Source of the DNA: an uncultured Chloroflexia bacterium
Lineage (GTDB): Bacteria; Chloroflexota; Limnocylindria; Limnocylindrales; CSP1-4
Direction: 5' to 3'
DNA length: 64,000 nt
Assembly (NCBI GenBank): GCA_963709605.1
Contig: CAVPWX010000013.1
Location: 81 to 64,080 of the forward strand
A program made the position numbers and the translations under genes. Shown piece after piece: positions 20,444-31,425 of this stretch (positions within the stretch are counted from its first letter, which is position 1; each line of letters begins with the position of its first letter). The notes under the pieces are model-generated. The model did no database searches and was not told the DNA's origin. It saw only the letters and a list, made by a program, of their open reading frames with translations.

Positions 20444-21442
20444 CTAGACGCCCCAGCGGAGGCCCGGCGTGTTGACCGGCGCATCCCAGTACTTCGTCAG
20501 CTCGTCATCGAGGCGGAGCAGGGTGATCGAGCAGCCGGCCATCTCGAGCGAGGTGATGTAGCTGCCGACCAGGTTGCGGGCGATCGTGATCCCACGGGCG
20601 TCGAGGATCTTCTTGAGCTCCGCGAAGATGACGTAGAGCTCGATGAGCGGCGTGCCGCCCATCCCGTTGACGAAGGCCAGGACCTTGTCGCCGGCCTTGA
20701 AGGGGAGGTCGTCGAGGATCGGCGTGGCGAGCATGCCGGTGACCTCGGCCGCGGTGGCGACCTTCATCCTGGTCCGGCCCGGCTCGCCGTGGATCCCGAT
20801 GCCGATCTCCATCTCGTCGTCGCCGAGCTCGAAGGTCGGCTTGCCGGCCTGCGGGACGGTGCAGCTCGTGAGAGCCATGCCCATCGAGCGGACGTTGTCC
20901 TGGACCTTCTGGCAGAGCGCGGTGACCGTCGCGAGGTCGGCGCCCGCCTCGGCGGCGGCACCGACGATCTTCTCGGCGAGGACGGTGCCGCCCACGCCGC
21001 GGCGGCCCGCGGTGTAGAGCGAGTCCTTGACCGCGACGTCGTCGGCGATGACGACGCTGGTGACCTCGATCCCCTCGGCCCGGGCCATCTCGGCCGCGAG
21101 CTCGAAGTTCATGATGTCGCCGGTGTAGTTCTTGACGATGTGCAGGACACCGGCGCCGCCGTCGACCGCCTTGGTCGCGGCGAGCATCTGGTCCGGCACG
21201 GGCGAGGTGAAGACGGCGCCGGGGCAGGCAGCATCGAGCATGCCCATCCCGACGAAGCCGCCGTGCATCGGCTCGTGGCCGCTGCCGCCGCCCGAGATCA
21301 CGCCGACCTTGCCCTTCTTGGGGGCGTCGGCGCGCACGACGACGTTGGGCTCGATGACGCGGACGAGATCCGCGTGCGCCGCGGCGACGCCGAGCAGGGC
21401 GTCGTCGACGACCGTCTCGGGAGCATTGATGAGCTTCTTCAT
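20444..21442 (-). CDS. dhaK: Dihydroxyacetone kinase subunit DhaK
   Basis: [51 protein letters not shown]; GGAGG RBS. Confidence 0.96.
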   Translation of the reverse strand: MKKLINAPETVVDDALLGVAAAHADLVRVIEPNVVVRADAPKKGKVGVISGGGSGHEPMHGGFVGMGMLDAACPGAVFTSPVPDQMLAATKAVDGGAGVLHIVKNYTGDIMNFELAAEMARAEGIEVTSVVIADDVAVKDSLYTAGRRGVGGTVLAEKIVGAAAEAGADLATVTALCQKVQDNVRSMGMALTSCTVPQAGKPTFELGDDEMEIGIGIHGEPGRTRMKVATAAEVTGMLATPILDDLPFKAGDKVLAFVNGMGGTPLIELYVIFAELKKILDARGITIARNLVGSYITSLEMAGCSITLLRLDDELTKYWDAPVNTPGLRWGV

Positions 21443-21570
21443 CCGTTCCTCCAATGACATGGTGCCGGGTGCTCGGGAACGTGTGCTGGACGGGTGCGCG
21501 CCGGCGGCGAGGCCGTCGTGCCGCCGGCGCGCGATGCGTGCAGGGTCAGGCCGAGACGATCAGGCGCTGA

Positions 21571-22336
21571 TCAGCTCGGGACGACCAGGGGGATGAACCC
21601 ATACTGGTACACGAGCGCCGCGACGAAGCCGCCGACGAGCGGGACCGACCACCGGGATCCAGGAGTACCCCCAGTCGGAGCCGCCCTTGCCCGCGATCGG
21701 CAGGATCGCGTGCATGATGCGCGGCCCCAGGTCGCGGGCCGGGTTGATCGCGTATCCGGTCGTCCCGCCGAGGGACAGGCCGATGACCAGGACGAGCAGG
21801 GCCACGTTCAGCGCGCCCATGTCGCCCATCGCGCCGCTGTTGCCGAAGGTGAGGATCACGAAGACCAGGACGAAGGTCCCGATGACCTCGGAGACGAAGT
21901 TCCAGGCGGGGTTGCGGATGGCCGGCGCGGTGCAGAAGACCGCCAGCTTGAGGCCCTTGTCTTCCGTCTCGGCCCAGTGCGGGTAGTAGTGAAGGAAGAC
22001 GAGGAAGGCGCCGATGAACGCGCCGACGAACTCGCCGGCCACGTAGATCCCGGCATACACGGACTCGAGGTCGCCCCCGGCGATCGCCGTGTTGACGAGC
22101 AGGCCCAGGGTCACCGCCGGGTTCAGGTGCGCGTTGCCGAGCGGCAGGTCGCCGCCCACGCCGGCCGCCACGATGACGCCGACGAAGACGGCCATTGCCC
22201 ACGCGAAGGTGATGACGATCCAGCCGCTGGCATTCGCCTTCGACTTGGCGAGGAGAACGCCTGCGACCACGCCGTCGCCGAGGAGGATCAGGATCATCGT
22301 CCCGAAGACCTCGGACATGAAGATATTCAGTTCCAT
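21571..22336 (-). CDS. glpF: MIP family glycerol uptake facilitator; one extra base near 21643
   Basis: HLNPAVT and AINPARD (aquaglyceroporin-type); removing one base restores WIPVVGPLVGGFVAALVY...TGA at 21571. Confidence 0.92.
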
Positions 22337-22564
22337 GCTCTCTCCCTCTTGGATGAAGGAAGCGCGCCGTTCGCGCGGAGGGCGACACGTCGTCGCCGAT
22401 CGACTGAGGAACCGGCGGGCGAGCACCCGGTTCGGGCCCGCCGGGCAGGGCACAGCACGATCTGCCGGGGTGCGTCCCTCCCGTTCGTATCGCGGCCACG
22501 GCCTCGGGCCGCGCGACCGTCTGGGCGCGGTCGGCGCACGGTGCCCGCCGGCACCGTTGCGAGA

Positions 22565-22612
22565 AGGGTACGACCGGGCACGGCCGGGAAACGTCAAGAC
22601 TTCGTCCAGATT
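22565..22612 (-). promoter_or_regulatory. Putative glpF-operon promoter: 11-bp-period direct repeat upstream of a -10-like TACCCT
   Basis: Minus strand AATCTGGACGA|AGTCTTGACGT (22612-22591) and TACCCT (22570-22565); spacing typical of OmpR/PhoB-family sites. Confidence 0.45.
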
Positions 22613-22660
22613 CGGCGGGCAGGCCGCGCGACGGGGCTCGTCGCCGGCGCGGCGAGCAGG

Positions 22661-23335
22661 TCAGACGTCGGCGGGGACGGCGGGGTCGGCGGCTGCGTCG
22701 GCCAGGGCCCGCAGCAGGATCGCGCTCGAGGCCGCCCCCGGGTCGAGGTGGCCGATGGAGCGCTCGCCGAGGTAGCTCGCCCGGCCCTTCGTGGCCAGCA
22801 GGGGGATCGTCCGCTGGGCGCCCGCCTCCGCTGCGGCGGCCGCGCGTGCCGTCGCGCCGGCGAGGGTGGCACCCTCCTCCAGCGCCGCCGCGTATGCCGC
22901 CCGGGCCGGGACGAGGGCGTCGAGCATCGTCTTCTCGCCCGGCGTCGCCCGCCCCAGCGCCGCGACCGCGTCCACTGCCGAGGCGAAGGCGGCGGCGGCC
23001 CTCGCCTCGCGGGCGACGGGATACCCGGCGACCTCCCTCTGGTCGAGCTCCGCCAGGGCGGCCCCGGCGCGCTGGAACGCCCGCCCGTAGAGGGCGCCGC
23101 TGGCTCCGCCGACGGTCCCCATGAGGACGCGCCCGGCGGCAGCCAGCACCGCCGCCGGCGGCTCGCCGGGCAGGTCGTCGGCGTCGATCCGGCGGGCCAG
23201 CTCGCGGAAGCCCCGGTCGAGGTTGATCCCGTGGTCACCGTCGCCGATCGCGGCGTCGAGGTCGGTGAGCCGCTCGCGGGCCTCGGCGACGCGCCCGGCG
23301 GCCAGCCGCAGCCAGCGGGGCAGGAGCCCGTCCAT
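22661..23335 (-). CDS. dhaL: DhaL paralogue, copy 2
   Basis: [51 protein letters not shown]. Confidence 0.9.
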   Translation of the reverse strand: MDGLLPRWLRLAAGRVAEARERLTDLDAAIGDGDHGINLDRGFRELARRIDADDLPGEPPAAVLAAAGRVLMGTVGGASGALYGRAFQRAGAALAELDQREVAGYPVAREARAAAAFASAVDAVAALGRATPGEKTMLDALVPARAAYAAALEEGATLAGATARAAAAAEAGAQRTIPLLATKGRASYLGERSIGHLDPGAASSAILLRALADAAADPAVPADV

Positions 23336-23763
23336 CAGGCCGCGGGCCCGGCGAGCCAGTCCGGCGGCAGCTTGTCGGCCTCGCGCTCGGCGTCGGCGAC
23401 GGCGAGGACGCGGTCGAGAGACGCCCCGCCGGCCGCCTCGACCGCCGCTCGCACGGCACCTTCCACGAGCGGGCCACGGCTGACCCGGATGCGGGTCCGC
23501 TCGGCGGCCGACATCTCCTCGAGCGCCATCTCGAGGGCGAGGACCGCGCTGCCGAGGTCGAGGAGGACCACCGCGCCGTCGCCGCCGGAGGCCGCCAGCG
23601 CCGCGCGCATCGCGTCGCGGATCGCCGGGCTGCTCGTCCCGAGGTTGCCCACCGCGGTCCCGCCCGCGATCGCCACCGGCACCGCCGGGGCGCTCTGGGC
23701 GACCATCGCCCGCAGCGCCCGGAGCAGCTCGGGGCTGTGGCCCACCAGCACCAGGGAGGTCAT
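23335..23763 (-). CDS. DhaM-like EIIA paralogue, copy 2
   Basis: MTSLVLVGHS, GNLGTS, LDLGSAVL, GPLVEGAV; stop overlaps dhaL2 start. Confidence 0.85.
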   Translation of the reverse strand: MTSLVLVGHSPELLRALRAMVAQSAPAVPVAIAGGTAVGNLGTSSPAIRDAMRAALAASGGDGAVVLLDLGSAVLALEMALEEMSAAERTRIRVSRGPLVEGAVRAAVEAAGGASLDRVLAVADAEREADKLPPDWLAGPAA

Positions 23764-23844
23764 CCCTCTCGCTCCCTCCGGTCCCGCGGCGACGACGGCC
23801 GGGCGTCGCGTCCCGCGGCTCGCCGCCGTAGACTCAGGCGGCCC

Positions 23845-24558
23845 ATGAACAGGATAGGGTCTGCCGGGCCCCGCCCGCCCGCCGGTGCCGCTCCGGCCCG
23901 CATCGATGCGTTCGCCGCGGCGGACGTCGTCCGCTTCGTCGAGCGCGCGGCTTCGTCCCTGGCGCGGCACGAGGCGCTCCTCGATCGCCTCGACGCGGCG
24001 CTCGGCGACGGCGACCACGGCGCCAACATGACGATCGGGTTCGGCGTCGCCCTCCCCGCCGTGCGGGCCGGGCTCGCCGAGCGGCCCGACGACGTCGGCG
24101 AGCTGCTGCGGCTCCTGGGCCACAGCCTCGTCGCGAGCGTCGGCGGCGCCAGCGGACCCCTCTACGGCACCGCCTTCATCGAGGCGGGGTTCGCTCTCGC
24201 CGGGAGCCCGGCCGCGGGACCCCGCGAGCTCGCGGACGCGCTCGAGGCCGGGCGGGCGGGGCTGGCTCGCCGGGGGCGCTGCGCGATCGGCGACAAGACG
24301 ATCCTCGACGCCCTCGACCCTGCGGTCCGGGCGCTCCGCGCGCAGGCCGACGCCGGCGCCCCGCTCGACGCCTGCGTCGCCGCCGCCGCCGCCGGCGCGG
24401 CGGGCGGGATGCGGGCGACGATCCCGCTCGTCGCCCGCCGCGGGCTGGCGCTCCGTCTCGGCGAGCGATCCCGCGGCCACCGCGACCCCGGCGCCGTCTC
24501 GTGCTTCCTGCTCCTCGGGGCGATGGCCCGCGCCGTCCGCGGCGAGGCGACGACGTGA
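23845..24558 (+). CDS. DhaL paralogue, copy 3 (degenerate GRASY motif)
   Basis: [52 protein letters not shown]; ATG 10 nt after TAGACT. Confidence 0.88.
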   Translation: MNRIGSAGPRPPAGAAPARIDAFAAADVVRFVERAASSLARHEALLDRLDAALGDGDHGANMTIGFGVALPAVRAGLAERPDDVGELLRLLGHSLVASVGGASGPLYGTAFIEAGFALAGSPAAGPRELADALEAGRAGLARRGRCAIGDKTILDALDPAVRALRAQADAGAPLDACVAAAAAGAAGGMRATIPLVARRGLALRLGERSRGHRDPGAVSCFLLLGAMARAVRGEATT

Positions 24559-26279
24559 CCGACGATCCGATCTCCGCGGGAACCCGGGCCGGACAGCCGG
24601 CGCCGGCCGCCGACGCCGCGGCGCTCGAGGCGCGGATCCACGAGCTCGAAGCGGAGCGCCGCCGCGTCTTCGAGGACGCCCAGCGGGAAGCGGACGCAGT
24701 CTTCGCCCAGTACCAGCTGAGCCAGCTCCTGGCCGCGGGGGGCAGCGTCGACGACATGGCCGCAGCGGTCCTCGCCGAGGTGGCCCGGGCCGTGGGAGCC
24801 CACGCCGCCGCCCTGTGGCTGGCACGGCCGGCGACGACGACGCTCGAGCTCGTGGCCACCTTCCCCGGCCCTGCCGAGACGATCGAGGCGCGGAACCGCC
24901 AGGCCATCCGGGGCGCGTTCGCGGACCTCGCCGCGGCCCGCGGCTGGACCGCGGCCCGCGGCTGGAGCGGGGTGACCCTGCCCGAGGGTCGCGCCGTGGG
25001 GGGAGGCGGGCCGGACGGCGCCGAGCCGGGCGTCGTCGGCTACCTGGCCGTCGGCCCCGACGAGGGGGCCGCCCTCGAGCCGGCGCACACCCGCTACCTC
25101 GCCAGCGTCCGCCTGGAGCTGGCGGTCACCCTGCGGGCGGCCCAGCTGCGGGCGTCGCTGGCCCGCGAGCAGGCGACGCTCGCCGCCATCCTCGAAGGCG
25201 CCACGGACGCGATCGTGGCCGTCGATGCGCACCGCCGGGTCGTCCGCCTCAACGGGGCGGCGGCGGAGCTCGTCGGGACGCCCGCCCGCGCCGGGACCGG
25301 GATGCACTGCTCCGAGTTCCTCGGCTGCGCCCGACCGCCCGCGGACGGGACGCCGGCCGGCGAGCCGCTCTGCGGCCCGCGGTGCCCGTTCCTCGACGTG
25401 CTGGATGCCGGCCGGCCGATCGTCGGCCGCGAGATGCGCGTCCGCCACCGCGACGGGTCCGCCATCCCCGTCGCCGCGAGCATCTCGCGGATGCCGGCGC
25501 CCGACGGGGGCGCGGTCGCGATCCTCCGCGACCTGCGGGCCGCGCGATCGCTGGACGAGGCCAAGACGAGCTTCGTCGCCGCCGTCTCGCACGAGCTCCG
25601 CACGCCGCTCGCGCTCATCGACGGGTACACCCAGAGCCTGCTCCATCTCGACCTCGACGCCCCCACGGCGCGCCGCCACGTCGAGCGGATCGCCGGGGCG
25701 GCCCAGCGCCTGGCCAGCCTCATCGACGACATCATCGACGTCAGCCAGGTCGAGAGCGACGCCCTCGTCCTGCGCCGGACGCCGCTGGCCCTCGACGGCC
25801 TCCTGCGGGCCTACGTCGCGGAGCGCGCCGAGCTCCCCGACGTCGGGGCCGTGGCGCTGACGCTGCCGCGCTGGCTGCCGGCGGTGGACGCCGACGCGAC
25901 GCGGATCCGCCAGGTGATCGGCAACCTGGTCCAGAACGCGGAGAAGCACGCCGGGCGGGCGGCGACGATCGAGATCCGGGCCCGGCGACTCGATCGCGGG
26001 ACGGTGGTGGTCACGGTCGCCGACAACGGGCGCGGCATCGCCCCCGAGGATCGCGACCGCGCCTTCGAGCGCTTCTACCGCGGCCAGCGGGTCCGCGAAT
26101 CGCACGTCCCCGGGAGCGGCCTGGGCCTCTACCTCTGTCGCCGCATCGTCGAGGCCCACGGGGGGTGGATCCGCCTCGACGCGACGACGCGGGGAACCTC
26201 GATCTCCTTCGGCCTCCCCGTGGCCCAGTTCACCGGCGAGGGCGGCCCCGGGCGCGACGGGCCGGAGGCGCCGGCGTGA
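24555..26279 (+). CDS. Soluble PAS-domain sensor histidine kinase (possible N-terminal GAF-like region)
   Basis: AILEGATDAIVAVD..LNGAA (PAS), VSHELRTPL (H box), NLVQNAEKH, DNGRGI, FERFYR, GSGLGL; no TM helix; GTG overlaps dhaL3 stop. Confidence 0.93.
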   Translation: MTDDPISAGTRAGQPAPAADAAALEARIHELEAERRRVFEDAQREADAVFAQYQLSQLLAAGGSVDDMAAAVLAEVARAVGAHAAALWLARPATTTLELVATFPGPAETIEARNRQAIRGAFADLAAARGWTAARGWSGVTLPEGRAVGGGGPDGAEPGVVGYLAVGPDEGAALEPAHTRYLASVRLELAVTLRAAQLRASLAREQATLAAILEGATDAIVAVDAHRRVVRLNGAAAELVGTPARAGTGMHCSEFLGCARPPADGTPAGEPLCGPRCPFLDVLDAGRPIVGREMRVRHRDGSAIPVAASISRMPAPDGGAVAILRDLRAARSLDEAKTSFVAAVSHELRTPLALIDGYTQSLLHLDLDAPTARRHVERIAGAAQRLASLIDDIIDVSQVESDALVLRRTPLALDGLLRAYVAERAELPDVGAVALTLPRWLPAVDADATRIRQVIGNLVQNAEKHAGRAATIEIRARRLDRGTVVVTVADNGRGIAPEDRDRAFERFYRGQRVRESHVPGSGLGLYLCRRIVEAHGGWIRLDATTRGTSISFGLPVAQFTGEGGPGRDGPEAPA

Positions 26280-27013
26280 CCGCCGCGCCGCCCGTGCCCG
26301 GGCCGATCGCCGGGCGGGGCGAGCGGATCCTGGTCGTCGAGGACGAGCCGGCCTTCGCCGAGCTGATCTCGCTCTGGCTGGAGCGGCACGGCTGGCAGAC
26401 CGAGATCGCCCCGGACGGCGCCCACGCCCTCCGCGCCGTCGAGGAGCGCCTGCCGGACCTCATCGTCCTCGACCTGAGCCTGCCGCGCGTCGACGGCTGG
26501 AAGGTCATCGAGCGGGTCCGCGAGCAGAGCCTCGTGCCGATCATCGTCGTCACGGCCCGCGGATCGGAGGCGGACAAGGTGCGCGGGCTGGCCAGCGGCG
26601 CGGACGACTACGTGACGAAGCCGCTCAGCTTCCCCGAGCTGGTGGCCCGCGTGGCGGCCGCCCTCCGCCGCGCCCGTGGCGCGCCAGCCATGCCCGGCGC
26701 GACCGCCACGCTCGAGCATCCCGGGATCCGGATCGACGGGTTGAGCCACCGGGTCGAGGTCGGCGATCGGCTGGTCCACCTCACGCCCACCGAGTACCGG
26801 CTCCTCCGTCACCTCGCGGAGCGGCCGGGAGTGCTCGTGCCCCACGCCGACCTCCTGGTGGCGGTCTGGGGACCCGGCTACCGCGACGACCACCACCTCC
26901 TGCGGGTGGCGATCCGCAACCTGCGGGCCAAGCTCGCGAGCGGGGCGGGCGGCCGCCGCTACATCGAGACGGAGTACGGGCTTGGCTACCGCTTCTCCGC
27001 CGCCGAGGGCTGA
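26276..27013 (+). CDS. OmpR/PhoB-family response regulator
   Basis: ILVVEDE, LDLSLP, GADDYVTKP, LTPTEYRLL, IETEYGLGYRF; GTG overlaps kinase stop. Confidence 0.95.
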   Translation: MTAAPPVPGPIAGRGERILVVEDEPAFAELISLWLERHGWQTEIAPDGAHALRAVEERLPDLIVLDLSLPRVDGWKVIERVREQSLVPIIVVTARGSEADKVRGLASGADDYVTKPLSFPELVARVAAALRRARGAPAMPGATATLEHPGIRIDGLSHRVEVGDRLVHLTPTEYRLLRHLAERPGVLVPHADLLVAVWGPGYRDDHHLLRVAIRNLRAKLASGAGGRRYIETEYGLGYRFSAAEG

Positions 27014-30000
27014 CGCCCGCCCACGGCGCCGTCGCCCGGCCCGCCGTCGCCCTGCCCGCCGCCCGGGGCAGCGCCGCCGTCGCCCGTCCCGCGCGCCTCC
27101 CGCGCCGCCGCGACCCGCGCGACGAGCGCCTGGGTGAGGGCCCACGCCCGGGCCGGGTCGCGCGGGGCGCGGATCCGGACCTGGCTGGCGGCGAACGTGA
27201 CGTCGCCGGGCCGGACGCCCGGCAGGGGAGCCCCGGCGACGAGGCGCATCGCCTCCCCACGCGAGAGCCCGCTCCCGAAGCGGACGACGAGGAGCCCCTC
27301 CTCGCGGGCGAGCGAGGCGATCCCCGCCGCCTCGGCGGCCAGGCGGAGCTCGGCGACCTCCACGAGGCGAAGGACCGGCGGCGGCAGGGGCCCGAACCGA
27401 TCGACGACCTCCTGGCGGAAGGCCGCCAGGTCTCCCGCGGTCCGGGCCCGCGCGAGACGCCGGTAGAGCTCCAGCTTCTGGGCCTCGTCCGGGACGTAGG
27501 AGTCGGGCAGGTGCGCGTCCACCGGCAGGTCCACCGTGGCCCCGGGCGACGGGCGGAGGGGCTCCCGACCCTCCCAGCTCGCCTTGCGCTCCTCGACCGC
27601 CTCGGCGAGGAGCCGCGTGTAGAGATCGAAGCCGACGTCGGCCATGTGACCCGACTGCTCGCCGCCGAGGATGTTCCCGGCGCCCCGGATCTCGAGGTCG
27701 GCGAGGGCGATCTGGAAGCCGGCCCCCAGCTCCGAGGCGTTGAAGATCGCCTGCAGCCGCTTGCGCGCCTCGTCGGAGATGCGGTCGCGGCGCCGGTAGA
27801 GCAGGTACGCGTAGGCACGCCGGTTGCTCCGCCCGACCCGCCCCCGCAGCTGGTAGAGCTGGGCCAGGCCGAGGGCGTCGGCGCGGTCGATGATGATCGT
27901 GTTCGCGTTCGGGATGTCCAGGCCGGACTCGATGATGGTGGTGCAGACGAGGACGTCCGCCTCTCCTGCCGCGAAGGCCCGCATCACCGTCTCGAGGGCC
28001 CCCTCGCTCATCTGGCCGTGCCCGACGACGATCCGCGCGGCGGGCAGGAGCCGCCGCAGCTGGTCCGCCTGGGCCTCGATCGTCTCGACCCGGTTGTGGA
28101 CGAAGAAGACCTGGCCGCCGCGGTCGAGCTCGCGCAGGATGGCGTCCTTCACGAGGCCCGCCGAGGCCTCGGCGACGCGCGTCTGGATCGGCAGGCGGTC
28201 CTCCGGGGGCGTCTCGATCACCGACAGGTCGCGGACCCCGACGAGGGCCAGGTTGAGGGTCCGCGGGATCGGCGTCGCCGAGAGGGTCAGGACGTCCACC
28301 TCGGTCCGCAGCTGCTTGAGGCGCTCCTTGGCGGCCACGCCGAAGCGCTGCTCCTCGTCCACGACGAGCAGGCCGAGGTCGCGGAAGCGGACGTCGCTGG
28401 AGAGGAGCCGGTGGGTCCCCACCACGAGGTCGACGGAGCCCGCAGCCAGGCCGGCCAGCGTCGCCGTCCTCTCCCGCGCCGGGACGGCCCGGGAGAGGAG
28501 CCGGACCGTGGCGGGGAAGGCGGCGAAGCGCTGGTCGAACGTCCGGACGTGCTGGTCCGCCAGCACGGTGGTCGGCACGAGGACGGCCACCTGGCGCCCG
28601 TCCTCGATCGCCTTGAAGGCCGCCCGCAGGGCGATCTCGGTCTTCCCGTACCCCACGTCGCCCACCACGATCCGGTCCATCGGGCGGGCCGTCTCCATGT
28701 CGGCCTTGACCTCGGCAACCGCCCGCAGCTGGTCGACCGTCTCCTCGTAGGGGAACGAGGCCTCCAGCTCCTGCTGCCACGGCGTGTCCTGGCCGAAGGC
28801 GTGGCCCTCCGCCGCGGCGCGGGCCGCGTAGAGGCGGAGGAGGTCGTCGGCGAGGTCGGCGACGGCGCGCCTGACGCGGGCGGTCGTGCGGGCCCACTCG
28901 GTCCCGCCGAGGCGGGAGAGCGACGGGTCGCTCGGCGCCGGCGTAGCGCGTGACGCGGGTCACCTGCTCCACGGGCACGAAGATCCGGTCGCCGGCGGCG
29001 AAGGAGAGCTCGAGGTAGTCGCGCTCCTCGCCGGCGCCGCCCCGGCGCAGCATCCGCTCGTAGCGGGCGATGCCGTGGTCGACATGGACGACGAGGTCGC
29101 CGGGGGTGAGCCGCTCCAGGATGTCGCGGGGGACGACCCGCCGGAGGGCCTTCGGGCGGCGGACCCGCACGTTCCCGAAGAGCTCCCGGTCGGTGACCAC
29201 GACGAGGCCGTCGGGGCCGCCCGAGAACCCGGCATTGAGGCTGCGCCCGACGAGCGCGACGGCGCCCGGCGGCGGCACGCCGGGGCGCATCGTGACCCCG
29301 GCAGGGATGCCGGCCTCGCCGAGGAGCTCCGCGAGGCGGGTCGCCTGGTCGGACGCCAGGACGATCCGCGGCGCGGACGCCGGCCCTCCCGCCCGCCAGC
29401 GCTCGACGGCCCGGGCGAGTCCGGCGCTGCGGCCCGGCGGGAGGATCGGCTCGCGCCAGCCGAAGGCGTCCTCGAGAACGGCCCCGCCGCCGATGGCGGC
29501 GACCGGGCCCGACTCCCAGGTCAGCTCCAGGGTCCGACCGGCGAGGAGCCGACCCTTCCAGTCGCGGGGGGCGAGATAGGCGTCCGGCCACGCCGCCGGG
29601 AGCTCGCCGGCGGCGACGAGGTCGCGGCGCCGCTCCGCGGCCTGGTCCCACAGGAACTCGGCGGCGGCGGCCACCTCGCCCGGCTCGTCCAGCACGAGGA
29701 GCGTCGCCGGATCGAGGTGGTCGAGCCCGCTGGCCGGGCAGGCGAAGGCGGCCCAGACCTCGGCGGCGTCGCCGACGTCGAGCGCCCGCGTCGGGGCCCG
29801 ACCCGGCAGCCCGGCGGAGGCCGCCCGGCGCGGGGCCGCGGGCGCCTCGCCCTGGGCGGCCCCTCCCTCGAGCCGGGCGAGATCCTCCGCGAGGCGATCC
29901 GGCAGCCGGGCGGCCAGGCGCCCGAGCCGCGCCCGGAGCTCCTCGACGCCGCCGGCCGGGACGAGGAACTCGCTCGCCGGCAGCAGCTCCACCGCGTCCG

Positions 30001-30742
30001 TCGAGCGGACGGTGCGCTGGTCCGTCGGGTCGAAGACGCGGATCTCGTCGATCTCGTCGCCGAAGAGCTCGACGCGCGCCGGGAGGTCGGCGCCGGCCGG
30101 GAAGACGTCGACGAGGCCGCCCCGGCGGGCCATCTCGCCGCGGCCCGCGACCTCCAGGACGGGCTCGTAGCCGAGCCGCAGCAGCTCCGCCAGCAGGTCC
30201 TCCTGGCGGATCCGGTCGCCGCGCCGGAGGACGCGCGGGGACGAGGGAAGGTCGGCGGGGAGGATCGTCGGCTGGAGGAGCGCCTGGACGGATGCCACGA
30301 GGACCCGACCGCGGCCGCTGCGCCAGCGGGCAAGCGTGGCCACGCGCGCCGCCAATTCGTCGCGGATCAGCTCGCTTCGCTCGTAGGCGAGGGCGGAGCG
30401 CGGCTCGAGGACCGCGACGGCGTCCGGCTCGCCGAGCCAGGCCACGAGCTCGTCGGCGACACGGTCGCCGATCTCCGCGTCGCGGGCGATCCAGCAGACC
30501 CGCTCGCCCCGCGCCAGAGCGAGGGCAGCCACGAGGAACGACTTCGCGCCGTGCGGAGCGGCGGTCACGGCGGCGTGCCGGCCGCGGGTCCCCGGGGCGC
30601 CGGCGAGCACGGCGTCGAGCGCGCCGAACGGCGCCGTCTCGCGCAGGAGCGGCGGCAGGGCGGACAGGTCGGGGATGCGTCGCGCGGGCGTGCCCCCCGC
30701 GGGTCCCGGCGGGGGCGCCGCGCGGCGGACCCGGCCCGTCAT
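26986..30742 (-). CDS. mfd: Transcription-repair coupling factor; one extra base near 28926
   Basis: UvrB-like RGEMARRGGLVDVF, GDLVVHVDHGI, GDVGYGKTE, DEEQRFGV, LSATPIPRT, QLRGRVGR, DLEIRGAGNILG across two frames. Confidence 0.93.
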
Positions 30743-31425
30743 CGGTCGTCGGCGGCGGGCCGGATGCGGCGCCAGCCCGTCCGCGTGCGCCGCACGCCGT
30801 CGGGGCCGGGGGGTCCGTCGACCTCCCCGGGCGGCGCCGTGCGGGACTCGTCGGCCGGCCGGAGCTGGAAGGCGTTGAAGCGGTTGGCCGCTTTCGAGAC
30901 ACCCTCGCGGGCCCAGGCCTCGACAGCGTCGGCGGCGGCGTCCAGCAGCTCGTCGAGCCGCTGCCGCTCCTCCGGACGGAAGACCGAGAGCACGTGGTCG
31001 ACCGCTCCGCGGTCGGGCTCGCCGATGCCGATCCGGAGCCGCGGGAAGGCCTCCGTGCTGAGCTCCTCGACGATCGAGCGGAGGCCGTTGTGGCCGCCGT
31101 GGCTGCCGCCCTCGCGGAAGCGCATCTTGCCGAACGGCAGGCTGAAGTCGTCCGTCACGACCAGGACCTCGTGGAGCGGGGCCCGCTCGCGGGCGATCAG
31201 CTTGCGGACGGCGATCCCGGAGTCGTTCATGTAGGTCAGCGGCTTGGCCAGGACGACATCCAGCCCGCGGTAGCGGCCCTGGACGACCGCGCTGGCGTCG
31301 CGCGTGCGGCCGCGCCCGGCCCAGCCGGCCCGGTCGGCGAGCCGGTCCAGCGTCATCCAGCCGATGTTGTGGCGAGTCTTGGCGTACTGCTCGCCCGGGT
31401 TGCCGAGCCCGATGACGACCTTCAC
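30739..31425 (-). CDS. pth: Peptidyl-tRNA hydrolase
   Basis: GLGNPG..Y..TRHNIG, KPLTYMNDSG, GGHNGLRSI, RLRIGIG; GGAGGAG RBS. Confidence 0.95.
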   Translation of the reverse strand: MKVVIGLGNPGEQYAKTRHNIGWMTLDRLADRAGWAGRGRTRDASAVVQGRYRGLDVVLAKPLTYMNDSGIAVRKLIARERAPLHEVLVVTDDFSLPFGKMRFREGGSHGGHNGLRSIVEELSTEAFPRLRIGIGEPDRGAVDHVLSVFRPEERQRLDELLDAAADAVEAWAREGVSKAANRFNAFQLRPADESRTAPPGEVDGPPGPDGVRRTRTGWRRIRPAADDR

